64,000 nucleotides of DNA from Babesia bigemina (taxonomy: Eukaryota), in contig NC_027217.1 in NCBI RefSeq assembly GCF_000981445.1, positions 1,922,001 to 1,986,000 on the forward strand, written 5' to 3'. Made by a program: the position numbers and the translations under genes. Of the stretch, positions 45,400 to 56,544 are shown piece by piece (position 1 is the stretch's first letter; each line of letters opens with the position of its first letter). Below the pieces are notes generated by a model that did not search any database, was not told the origin of the DNA, and saw only the letters and a program-made list of their open reading frames with translations.

Positions 45400-48300
45400 C
45401 TGAAATATTCAGGCAATCTTTGTCTAACAAAATGCAGTTAATGGAGGTTAAGCATAGCTATTTTCTACACGGCATAGACGTCAACTAGATTGAATGTGCT
45501 CATAGTAGACATTGATAGGCGACGCCCGTGAGAAAAGGTAATGAACCCGCGTTTTATAATTTAGAAAAGCACGGTTATAGTGCAAAGATCAGCTGTTGCT
45601 ATATCAATTCATGTGGGTGATGTTTGATTTGGGCGACCCTTTAATCGCAAAAGCGTCAGTTATCGGAATATCATGGGCACCTCCACGTGCTGCGCCGCTG
45701 GATTCTGGAATATAAACCCGCCTCGGCTAAACAACACTAATCAACATGTTTCATAAAATATTCTACATATGACAGCAAAGATTGTTACGTACCCGTGCCG
45801 ATGTGTTGACATCCAACCTCGTGTCTTGTGATCCCGACCGCCCAGGGTAATACATGCAAGGGTACACATTAGCATTTGGCGGCGTTAAAACGTCCTTCCG
45901 CGTCGGCGGAGTCCCGGGTCCGGTGTTGAGGTTTGTAATTTCGGCTGCCGAGTTGCCATTAGGACTCCACAAGTTGCCCTTGGTCCCGGCAACTTGCGAC
46001 CGGTGCGACGCCTTTTCCTTCCTTGCCGAAGTGATTCCGGTGCAGCAAATCACGTGGCTGTTTTATGGTAATACTACTGTGGGTACGCTAAACTCTATTT
46101 AAATCACGGTTTAACGGTTGCCTGCGTAATGTTTAATCCAGTGGTTCGACGTATGTTGAGTAGCTGGATTCCTTGCGTTGCTCACGTTGAACATAGCACC
46201 ATGCCTATGTCATTGACTTATACTGTGATTTTATTAGAACAGCAAAGGCGGCTTCTTAATGGACGGAGTACGAACTGATGGTGGAGGTGCTGGAGGAGTT
46301 GCGGGAGATGCAGGACAAGAACCTGCTGAAGGAGCTGGAAGCACTAAGGCAAATAGAATTAAGGCAGACTATGGCACCTTTGGTCAGGTGTTGTACCACG
46401 TGGTGTCTTTCACTGAGGGTTACGAGCAGCAGGTTTTGTACTTGTGCATGCGGATCTTCGAGTCAACTATGAGCTTCACCAAGAGTCAACGGACAATGCT
46501 GATGGCCGTATCGATCATGTCGCGGTTGTGCTTCTCGCTCGTTTGGGGGCTGCTGGCGGACGCGTTTGAGACTAACCTGGTGATGGCTGCTGGGCTATTA
46601 TTCATGGGTATCGCCTCGATCCTGCTAAGCTCCACGTCACGCTTCTCGTCGGTATGTTGCAAGTGTTGCACTGCTCATGGTTATGCAGATCTTATTCTTA
46701 CGCTTCATACACGGCGCCGCATTTGGTTGTATCTACCCAGTGCAGCAAAAGATTATCTCAGACGAAGATGATGAGCAGAGCGGCAACAGCAGCACGTTTA
46801 CCCGTATTCATGCGCTGAATTGCATCGGCCGTATGCTGTGTGCCGCAATAACCACGGAGGCTGCTCAAAACATCTTGCTGGGATTTATCGGCTGGCGCGT
46901 CTCATATATCGTGTTAGGCTACTTGTGGATTTCGGTTGGCATCGCTATTGTATTTGCAATGCACACTGAAAAAGTACTAACCACTCCCTACGGGTCCATG
47001 GATAAATTCATCAACCAAATATCCGGCTCTTTTAAAGCGGTTTTTACAAATTGGTCTGCGTTTCTGTGTATATTTACGATGTTGATTGCGGAGGCTCCGA
47101 TGTGCACTTTGCCGTACATGATCACCTACTTGGAGTATCTAGGTGTGTCTGACCTGAAAGTGGGCATTGCGATTTTGGTCACAACGATCGGCGGCGCAGC
47201 AGGAACTGCGGCTGGAGGTATCGTCATTGAAAGAATTACAAGCATGCATAAGGATTATGGTGAGCTGATTGCCGGTATCGTTGTGATGGGTGTGCGACTA
47301 ATCGTTTGTGTGTTGTTTTTCGTGTCGCCGGCTCCAGACGGACGTCTGATGTGGTATCACTACATCGAGTTTGCGGTTCTCGGGGCTACTTTGGTAACGG
47401 TTGGCGGCGTGGATAGACCCATTATGAGGAAAGTAATTCCGGACAAGTACCAGGCTAGCGCCTCGGCCATTATCCAGTGCATATCGGGTATCTCGGTTAG
47501 CGTGAGTTTCGTGGAGATCTTCGCATACGTGTCAGAGAAGCTGCATGGTTACGCCCCGTCAACACAGGCAATTGATGACATGGAAAAGGGTCTCAAAGAT
47601 AATAACACAGAGGCTTTGAGGAAGTCGACCATGTATATGATCGTGGTAGGATCATTGCTTAACATTGCCTGCTATGGTGCGCTGTTTGCCACATATGAGG
47701 AGGATAAGAAGGCTGTTGAGGAGCAAAATGTGAAAGTGTGGGAGGAAAGGAAGGAAATACAGGTAAAAAGGGAAGCGTTGAAGAGAAATGCAGAAGAAGT
47801 TGAAATAAAGACACCGCTACCAGAGGAGCCAAAAGAAGTGGCAATGAGACAAAAAGATGAGCCAGTGCCACCGCCACTACCACCGCCAGTTCCAGAGCCA
47901 CAAGGTCGAGTTATGGAAGTGGCTGTGCAAGCTACAGAGGAAGGCGTAGTGGATCCATATCCCATGGCAGTTATAACGTCGGAATCAGAAGCAAATTATA
48001 CCAGGGATAACAATAGACACATGGACAAACCTGACTTCGACACAGCAGAACAGGTACACGAATACTTGAAAACGGCAACTCAAAGTTGGAAACAAAAGTA
48101 ATCTCCGGAATCACCATTGCTTTGGATTCACCTGACTTTGCCGCAAAAGTGCTGCTTAACGATCCTTAACAGACAGATGAAAAATCACCTATTGGATTAC
48201 ATCTCGTCAGATTTATTTTGATCCTTTTAGTTATGGAGGCAACTGTAATCGAAGCCGCGGTAGACGAACTTTAAGGCTCTACATAAGCATCTTAAATTAC

Positions 48301-48996
48301 CTGACTGAAATGTTAACTACCGTATACCTGTCAAATGAAGTCGCAGGACCGCAAACACCCTTGATGCGTGACAAAAAATGGCCAGCGCATCCCTCATCGC
48401 AACACTAAAAAAAGACGAGCGTAGACAACACAGTTGTGCTGAATTCTCCTGAGGCGGAACACAACTACATAACAGTGCAAGAGTGTGGCATCGAGTTAAC
48501 CGGGACCATCCAGGAGCGCTTCGTCACATGCCCATTTGTAGCAGGCGCTCAAGGTATTAAAGCAGAGCTTTTTCCTGTGCCGGTTAGTTTACTAATGACG
48601 GTTATTTAACGTCGTCGCAGGCTTTTATGTCACGTCAGTTACAGTTGAAATCCTGACCGACGCTTATGACGACCGAGTTTCACAACACCCGTCTTCAAGT
48701 GATAACCTGGTCGGCATCGTCTATAGGTTCTTGAAGTTATGCAAGCGTTTCAAGATCAGACGATGAGTCTGTCTGTTACGCACAAATGCATTTTGTATAC
48801 TACACGATACTCGGTAGGGCTGGATGTCCGCGCCTCGATGAAATGCAAAGTGACACAAAGCCTACATATTTTATCTGAAGCTATTAATCTAGTTGTACAT
48901 TCTGAATGCTGTAGTTTTACTTTCACAGAATATGGAACAACTCTGCGACGGCGCCTCATCGGTTATGAGAAGAGGCACCAATGCAAGGTCCGGCAC
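45400..48996 (+). repeat. Cassette copy 2 (spacer + MFS + part of downstream block; lacks the Cys-rich gene)
   Basis: Similarity to ~22245-25715 begins near attcaggca..tgtct.acaaaatgca and ends after accaatgcaa; boundaries approximate. Confidence 0.85.
46259..48101 (+). CDS. MFS transporter, expanded family, paralog 2 (exons 46259-46651, 46689-48101)
   Basis: TM core near-identical to paralog 1; 37-nt intron GTATGT..ATGCAG at the same codon position. Confidence 0.9.
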
Positions 48997-49861
48997 TTAT
49001 AAGCGGACCTCGCGATCCAACACAAAAGCGCCTAAAGCAAATTCCTGTAGATGTTACCTCGATGGCTGATGCAAAATTAATCCAGAGATCCTTTTAACAG
49101 ATGGCAACGATTCCTTATCGCAATAAGTCGCTATATGCGTTTGTGAGACGGATGATGTGGTAAAATGGAGGGGTAGTGCCACTTTAGGAGTAGCTGATGT
49201 TAGTAATGACTCTTAAAACTGACGAATTGTCACCAATCACTCTTGACTCACGTATCGACACATGAATTTATGCCTTAGCACTTTGCTGATGCTGCTTTGT
49301 GCTTCTACTGTACTCCAGCAATGCTAGGACAAAACTGCAATCACTACAACCTACAGAATTATGTAATCATTTCACGGAATATTAGATAGGGAATTAAGTG
49401 ACATTACGGAACATGCCCACACTTTGGCCGTGCATATTGTGCCGCTCGTGAGAAGTGGCAACGGGATGAGATGCTCTCAAAGCACAGATTATGGCAATAG
49501 TTAGGCGCATCAAGTTATGATGGGTGCAAGGAATCGCCGCATAATACGCCAGCAGCCAATTACCCGGCTAAAAATGTAACTCGGCGCCTTATAATCAGGT
49601 TGTCAGAATTATCCGAATATTAACTTGGGCAATAGCCTGTTAACATTGCAATGTCTTCGTCTACATTCGTCAACAGTTTCATGCAGGCCCACCGAGCACA
49701 GACAGCTGCGCCGTGAGCACTTAATAACTTGACATTGTAATACACTACGTGTGAGATAACGTACAAAGCGCTACTACACGACTCTGAACAACTATATATG
49801 GGCGTGATAGTACCTAAAATCTCAAGTCAGCAAAGTTATCGGGTGTGCTTTAGCAGTGTCC

Positions 49862-52800
49862 CTAATTTGTGAACCCCTGTTCCTTGGCGTAATCCAATGA
49901 TTTCTGGACGACCTCGTACAGGTTCTTGGAGATGCTGGCGGTGTTGATGATGCGCTGCAGCTGAGCTATCATGAGGGAACGACGCGCCGCGTCCAGCTTC
50001 TTGAACTTCGTTAGATGAATCGCCTGGTGCGACGACACGTGGGCATTGATCGAGTCGACGCCGAGGATTTGGTCGGCCAAGAACTTGTAACCCGCGCCCG
50101 AAGGGTCGTGGAAACGCACGCTGCGCGTGAAAGCGCGCACCAGGGAGTTTGCACGATTGGGGTTGGTGTTCGTGAACTCCTTGTGGGCAGCCAGGGCCTT
50201 AACGCGCTCCAAGCAGTCCGCGGCGTCGCTAATGGCCTGAGCAGTGAACCACTTGTCGATCACCAATGCGAAGCCATTGGCTCGTTCGTAGAAGTCGGCC
50301 ACAATGGCGTCCTTTCCGGCGAAATCCATGTTCATCAGCTGGATGAATGCGCTGTAACGGTCCGTCATGGTGCGTGCAGCGCGGTAGTGGTTCAGCGCAA
50401 GCTCAACCGCAGCCGCGTCGCCACGGCATACAAGGTAGCCCAACAACGTGTTGCGCAAGTACCTACGGGCCATGTCATCCTTCTCCAAAGTGTCCACTTC
50501 CGAACGCAGGCTCTCGTAGTGGCGCATGAATTCGGGTTCACACTTTTCAAGAATGGACCTGCGCACGCGGCGCGTGGCCTCCCAGAGCTTGTAGGGGTCG
50601 TAGGTTTCGAGCTCCGCAACCAGGGCCTGAATGTCCGGAAGCATTATGCACAGGGCCTTCTCGTTGTTGTCCAGATCAGAGGCCAGTATGGTTTTGATGG
50701 ACTCGAAAATGGACTCGTTGATGGCGGAAGCCTGCTCGATGTTTGCGAGAATAACCTTGGTGCGCATACGCTGGCCCGCCTCCCAGCGGTTCAATCCGTC
50801 GGTGTCGTGGGCCATCAAAAACAGAAGATCCTCGTCACTCTGCTCGTATTTCACCTTAATTGGGGCCGAGAATCCGCGGTTGAATGACAGCACGCAATCC
50901 TCGTCGATACCGCTGAACGTGAACGTCTCTTCGTCCTCACGGAGCTCCACCACAACCGTGCCCTTCAGGTCCTTCTTAGAAGTCTTTCCCACGAGACCCA
51001 ATTTTATGGGGATGTGGAACGGCAGCTTCATTTCCTGACGTGGAGTGGGGGCCGTGTGCTGCTTCAAACGCAGACGGAACTCATCACCCTCGCGCACGGC
51101 CTCGAGTACCTCAACCTGGGGAGTGCCAGCCTGGTAATACCAGCGCTCGAACTGGGTCAGGTCAACGCCATTGGCATCAGCCATGGCAGCGCGGAAGTCG
51201 TCGCAGGTGACCGCCTGGAGGTCATGGCGCTGGAAGTAGAGGTCCATGCCTTTGCGGAAGCCCTCCTTACCGAGCAGGGTCTTGTACATGCCGATAACCT
51301 CGGCACCCTTGTCGTAGACGGTGGTGGTGTAGAAGTTGTCCATGGATATGTAACTCTCAGGGCGGATCGGATGCGCCATAGGGCCCGCGTCCTCGGTAAA
51401 CTGGTAGGTGATCAAGTTGCGCACGTCCGTGATCCTGGTGAGCAAGTGGGAGGACATGTCGCCGGCGAATTCGGACTCGCGGAAGACGGTCAAACCCTCC
51501 TTCAACGTCAGCTGGAACCAGTCGCGGCAAGTCACACGGTTGCCGGTCCAGTTGTGGAAGTACTCGTGCCCAACGACGCTCATGATGGTGATGAACTCGG
51601 AATCCGTGGTCGTGTTCACATCAGCCAGAAGAAGCGATGAGTTGAAGATGTTGAGCCCCTTGTTTTCCATGGCGCCGAAGTTGAACGCGCGGGTGCAAAC
51701 CACGTGGAACTCGTCGAGATCGTACTCGCGTCCGTACGCCTCCTCGTCCCACTTCATGGCCTTCAACACGCTCTCGAACGCCCACTGCAGCTTCGTCGAG
51801 TCCTCGGGTTCCGAGGACACCTCGACCAACACGTCGCGCCCGCTCATGGTGCGGAAGGTGCCGCTGATCGACTTCAAGTTACCCGCGACCAGCGCAAAAA
51901 GGTAGGACGGCTTGCGGTAGGGATCGACGAACTCCGCATAGTGCTTCGCGCCGTCTACGCCGCTCGCAACCTTGTTGCCATTCGAGAGCAGCACGGGGTA
52001 CTTCTCCTTGTCCGCCTGCATGCGCACGCGGAAACTGGATAGCACATCTGGGCGATCCAGGAAGAAGGTGATGCGGCGGAACCCGTGCGATTCGCACTGC
52101 GTGGTGAACAAGAGGCTATTCTTGTAGAGTCCAGAGAGCTGCAAATTGGCCTCAGGGTTGATAACGACCTCGGTGTTCACCTTGAACGCCTTGCCGGCTT
52201 CAGACGGCAAAAAGGATACCGGGATTGTCAGATTGCCATCATCGTCGATGCTGTAACCCGAGATCGCCCGTTTCTCCAACTCATGCCCATCAACGGAAAC
52301 CTTCTTGCAGTCAAGGTCTTCGCCGTGCAGCACCAGGTCGGCGGGGGCGGTGCCTTCCTTGCGGTGCATCAACAACTCCGCCTTGACAACCGTCGCGGTC
52401 TCATGAAGGTCGAAGTCGAGAAACACGCTGTCGATGTCGTATATGGTCGGTTTGTAATCCTTGCGGAAAATCTCGACGTGCTCCTTTGGCGCCTTTAGCG
52501 AGAGGCTCTGCACACCCTGGACGGCGGTTGCCGTCTCAGTGACAGTCGATGTTGCAGAGGTGCTGGCCATCCTGGTCGAGTTCAAGAGATTTGGCGGCGA
52601 GCTACGAAGATGTATGCCACTGCGTCGGGCCAGAAATCCCAAGGCCGAGCAAACGCGTGGCTGTACGTCCTGCGCAGACGATGGGCTCCTCAAGGACCTG
52701 AGGCAACCAGAAAGACGTCTGGGTTCTACGGCACTATGTACAGCGCCGGAAGTTTTAAAGAACAAGAAATTTGCAGCACTTGCGGGCCTCTTGCGTACGT

Positions 52801-52969
52801 CACGAGCCGCCGAAGCGAGGCGAAACATAGCACTTACTGGGGTCGCATATGTGTACCCCGCTCCACTGTGGCCCGGGCACGAGATGCAGGCGACTTCTAA
52901 CCGCGCAAATGACCACCAGGCAATAACGGTTGCAATCAGTATTATACCGGGGGCGTTGCAAGTTACCAT
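49862..52969 (-). CDS. pepN: M1-family alanyl aminopeptidase (aminopeptidase N, PfA-M1-like)
   Basis: GAMENKGLNIFN, HEYFHNWTGNRVTCRDWFQLTLKEG, NFYTTTVYDKGAEV; long N-terminal leader. Confidence 0.96.
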   Translation of the reverse strand: MVTCNAPGIILIATVIAWWSFARLEVACISCPGHSGAGYTYATPVSAMFRLASAARDVRKRPASAANFLFFKTSGAVHSAVEPRRLSGCLRSLRSPSSAQDVQPRVCSALGFLARRSGIHLRSSPPNLLNSTRMASTSATSTVTETATAVQGVQSLSLKAPKEHVEIFRKDYKPTIYDIDSVFLDFDLHETATVVKAELLMHRKEGTAPADLVLHGEDLDCKKVSVDGHELEKRAISGYSIDDDGNLTIPVSFLPSEAGKAFKVNTEVVINPEANLQLSGLYKNSLLFTTQCESHGFRRITFFLDRPDVLSSFRVRMQADKEKYPVLLSNGNKVASGVDGAKHYAEFVDPYRKPSYLFALVAGNLKSISGTFRTMSGRDVLVEVSSEPEDSTKLQWAFESVLKAMKWDEEAYGREYDLDEFHVVCTRAFNFGAMENKGLNIFNSSLLLADVNTTTDSEFITIMSVVGHEYFHNWTGNRVTCRDWFQLTLKEGLTVFRESEFAGDMSSHLLTRITDVRNLITYQFTEDAGPMAHPIRPESYISMDNFYTTTVYDKGAEVIGMYKTLLGKEGFRKGMDLYFQRHDLQAVTCDDFRAAMADANGVDLTQFERWYYQAGTPQVEVLEAVREGDEFRLRLKQHTAPTPRQEMKLPFHIPIKLGLVGKTSKKDLKGTVVVELREDEETFTFSGIDEDCVLSFNRGFSAPIKVKYEQSDEDLLFLMAHDTDGLNRWEAGQRMRTKVILANIEQASAINESIFESIKTILASDLDNNEKALCIMLPDIQALVAELETYDPYKLWEATRRVRRSILEKCEPEFMRHYESLRSEVDTLEKDDMARRYLRNTLLGYLVCRGDAAAVELALNHYRAARTMTDRYSAFIQLMNMDFAGKDAIVADFYERANGFALVIDKWFTAQAISDAADCLERVKALAAHKEFTNTNPNRANSLVRAFTRSVRFHDPSGAGYKFLADQILGVDSINAHVSSHQAIHLTKFKKLDAARRSLMIAQLQRIINTASISKNLYEVVQKSLDYAKEQGFTN

Positions 52970-54132
52970 TAATACTTAGTGCCCTCGCGCTGTCGACACC
53001 GATGAGGCACTACAAAACCTAACCGTTCGGAGTAGCAGCGAGACACATGGCCGCTAATATCAGCTATTGTGATGGGATCGAAATATGGCGTCGCGCGGTG
53101 GCGGAGATTGCGCCTATACACGCCGTGATACCGGCCGTATTTCGCTGCACATAATCCAACCCTCAGGCACACGTAAACGCCGTATAATCGGTCCAGTGCC
53201 GCATGTTTTGTGTCTACATGGAGTATGGTCCATGTAACGGTAAATTTGGTGGAGTTCATCGCAGCGCTGCGTACACATACGCTAGCATAGCCTATTACAG
53301 CGGCTGCAAACCTTCAAATCGCCAGATCATTTACGTTCCTAGCATATCCGTGCACAGTGACGGCTGTGCTACGTAATCAGTAGCGTCGAAACGCAAATGT
53401 AGCGAGCGCGCAGAGTCGGCGAAGTTTACCGTAGAGCCGCAATGCATTCTGGGTAATGCCGCGGGTGCTTGCAAAATACGCAGCTGTACACATCGCAATA
53501 AGTGTCTCTGGCGGTAAAAAAATATTTAGTGGTTGCCGACTGGCCGTGAACCGCCGCTTAATGTAGAGCTGGCAGGACACACCCAACACACGCGAGGCAA
53601 AAGTGTCGCAAGACACATCCCCCAAGAAAAACTTTGTGCAGAACCAATACTAGGAGTTCATTCTTGTAGCCCTGTCGCGGGGTCGGTTGCAGGGGCATAT
53701 CGCAGGCGGCGCGCCAGCGGAGCTGAAGTATCTTTTCAATAACGCTTCAAGGGAAACGCCAACCAGGTGCCATTGCGCGGTGTATTGAGGCTGGCATTTC
53801 TGCGTGTTGCTAAGAGCCGACAGCTGCTCCAGAACGTTGTCTAGGCGGTGCATATCTGCTAGCGTAGGAAGTGTGTGACAATTTAATGCTTTATTGGAGC
53901 ATAGCCAGCAATTACGCGCTGCAGGTGGGATTTTTATCAAAGCGAGGCTCCTGTAAAGTATATACCGATTTGCGCTGAGCCTGCATAACCCGTCCGATGG
54001 GTGTAGCCCGGTCACAGCAGCCGCCGCTACTAAGGAGCGGCACCGGGAAAGCAACGCGGAAACAGGAGCAAAGCGATCACCCGAACTGTCCGGTTCGAGA
54101 GGTGGGAGCGGCTTTGCAACGAAGTGCGAGCC

Positions 54133-56544
54133 ATGGAGAACGATGATGGATGTCAAAGATCCCAGCGTTCCAAGCCGAATTCCAACCGGTTACAACATGC
54201 TCGATCCAAGCTGTACGATCCCCGGAAGGGATCGGCGTATACCAAGCTCTCCAAGACGCATGAGACGAAGCTCAGGCAACTGCGAGAGAACGAGAGGGCA
54301 GTAAGTCTGTCCACGGTGCTGCGGCCACTCCAATCCTCCCGTTCGTGCCAGTCGCTCTGCAATGACGGCAGCACTTCCTACGTGGAGACTTCCGACTCAG
54401 GCAGCCAAGATTCGGCGTCGGATTCGCCAACTGCCTTCTGTCCCAACGATCAACGCAACCCAAAGAGCACAGCCCGCCAGAGTCTGTACATCAACTCGAC
54501 GGCTGCGAGGAGGAGCGGCAATGTAGAGGAGGCGGCGCCAACCATATCACTTCCCCTGAACCTGGATGACGATAAGAGTGTGTCCCGCTCTAGCGTGTCG
54601 CGTGCTGCGTTGCCGCGGCGAATACGCGATATGGAATGCAAGTTGCGCATGCCGGATGACGAACCCATTAGTGTGGTAAAGGAGCTGCAAGACACAGCGG
54701 GACGAAGTAAAACTGATTCCACGTCGTCGAAAGCGTTAAGTGGCTCTATAGCAATCGAGTCGTTCAGGAAGTCGACGCTGCCGAGTTTCAGGAACACGCC
54801 CCAACGACCTCACTCATTCTCTATGCTCACCTTCAACGTCGGCTTGCTGGAGGTGCGCATGTTTGGCATACAGATGTACCAAAACCCGGGATACACGGAA
54901 AAGAGACTCAAATGTGTGCCTAACGAGATCCGGAAGGCAAACGCGGATGTCGTTGCTTTCCAGGAAGTGTACAGCAACCACCACGCGAGGTACATAACGC
55001 AACAGCTGCAGGATATCTACCCCTACGCCGCCAGGGACGACTGCCTGCCGGTGTCGGAGGATTTTGAGAACCTTTATGACAAGAATAAAAAGAAGAAGCG
55101 GGGCATCGGGATGTTCCATAGCGGACTGCTTTTTCTTAGCAAGTTCCCCATTCTGTGCGCGAAATTCCACGCTTGGGACGTCGTGACGCACCTGGAGGCT
55201 ATGCTGGCTAACAAAGGCTACATGGAGATTTTTGTCGACATCCCCTCCGTTGGGAAAATTGCCTTCTACAACATGCACATGGCCAGTGCAAGCGTCAACC
55301 CGGAGTCTGTGCATATCGAGAACGTCAGAAACGAGGAAGTTAAACAGATCCTGAAAAGGACGGAAAAGGCGTGCCGGCTGGGGTTCGCGCCCATCATCAT
55401 AGGGGATCTAAACGCGGCGCCTAACAACTGTGCCAGCAACTACATGTCGTTCCTGCACAGCGGCTGGACGGACTCGTACGTCCTGTCGCGACAAAAGGCC
55501 AAGCAAAAGCGATGGCTGGGGCTGAAGGATAGGCGGATAAAGAAAAACGATTCCACGTTCGAGAGTCCACTCACCAGCGACGAGTCCATAGGGGTGGAAA
55601 ATGTGTTTGGCGACAACAAGTCCCAAAAACCGCACCTTGAAAAGGTCACGATCATGTCGAACATGCCCAGGAGTCGTTCGGGAGGCAATATGCGGCACCC
55701 CCATATGGGACCTCGAGAGGGCTCGAGGTGGAGCAGATTCGTGGAATATCTCTCACTGCCAAAGGGGGACCGTCTGCGCAGAGCCGCCACAAGCTGGAAA
55801 CATTCAAAAACGTACCGCCCCCGTGCGAACTCAATACGTCTACGCAGAATCCACACAGCCAACAGGCACCGCGCCCCTAAATCCAAGAAGCTGGCAAAGC
55901 TGCACAAAAGGCTTCTCAAAAACAAACTTAGCGTTCGTGTTAAGGCGCCATGTCTGGAGTGCAAAACAGATAAAGCCGCCAGAACATTTAGGGAGCGATG
56001 CTCCGCGCTGTTCCGCAGATCCAAGAGCTTGTGGACGGGGGAACCAAAACCAACGACGCAAACGGTTGCCTTCACCACTGCACGATCTCGTGTTGCCATT
56101 GACCCGTCCTCAGTCTACTTTCTGGTCAAGAACCCTTCTAAGCAGCTCAAACGGCCGCGCGTCAGACGGTTCTACTGGTGGTACAGGAGACGGAATTTTA
56201 TGGACGTCACGTGGGACCCCAAAAACCCTCTCAATATGCACGGCCCACACGCCGGCTGCAGCGGGCTCAGGTGCGACTACATTTTCCTCCCTCCGCAACA
56301 CATTGCCGGGATACTGCAAGGGTTCGCGCCCTCTGCCGGGGAAATTCTGTTCAGGGAACCCATTGTCATGATAGACAAAGTGGGGTCCGCGTACAACTGC
56401 TTGTGCTCGGCATTCACGAGCATGAAGAAGGTCATGCTGGTGACTCTGTCCGATCACTACGGCCTAAAAATCACAATGGTGCGCAAAAAAACCAAACCGG
56501 AGACATCTCCGCCGATCATGCTGCGGCCATCGCAAACCATTTGA
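54133..56544 (+). CDS. Endonuclease/exonuclease/phosphatase-fold protein, neutral sphingomyelinase-like
   Basis: TFNVGLL, AFQEV, SGLLFLSKFPI, NKG, NMHM, IIIGDLN, CDYIF, LSDHYGL in canonical order. Confidence 0.85.
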   Translation: MENDDGCQRSQRSKPNSNRLQHARSKLYDPRKGSAYTKLSKTHETKLRQLRENERAVSLSTVLRPLQSSRSCQSLCNDGSTSYVETSDSGSQDSASDSPTAFCPNDQRNPKSTARQSLYINSTAARRSGNVEEAAPTISLPLNLDDDKSVSRSSVSRAALPRRIRDMECKLRMPDDEPISVVKELQDTAGRSKTDSTSSKALSGSIAIESFRKSTLPSFRNTPQRPHSFSMLTFNVGLLEVRMFGIQMYQNPGYTEKRLKCVPNEIRKANADVVAFQEVYSNHHARYITQQLQDIYPYAARDDCLPVSEDFENLYDKNKKKKRGIGMFHSGLLFLSKFPILCAKFHAWDVVTHLEAMLANKGYMEIFVDIPSVGKIAFYNMHMASASVNPESVHIENVRNEEVKQILKRTEKACRLGFAPIIIGDLNAAPNNCASNYMSFLHSGWTDSYVLSRQKAKQKRWLGLKDRRIKKNDSTFESPLTSDESIGVENVFGDNKSQKPHLEKVTIMSNMPRSRSGGNMRHPHMGPREGSRWSRFVEYLSLPKGDRLRRAATSWKHSKTYRPRANSIRLRRIHTANRHRAPKSKKLAKLHKRLLKNKLSVRVKAPCLECKTDKAARTFRERCSALFRRSKSLWTGEPKPTTQTVAFTTARSRVAIDPSSVYFLVKNPSKQLKRPRVRRFYWWYRRRNFMDVTWDPKNPLNMHGPHAGCSGLRCDYIFLPPQHIAGILQGFAPSAGEILFREPIVMIDKVGSAYNCLCSAFTSMKKVMLVTLSDHYGLKITMVRKKTKPETSPPIMLRPSQTI

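Noticed and set aside
50015..52979. Long + strand ORFs opposite pepN, and similar ones opposite other housekeeping genes
   Set aside because: Antisense shadows of strongly biased codons; the sense products carry clear family motifs.
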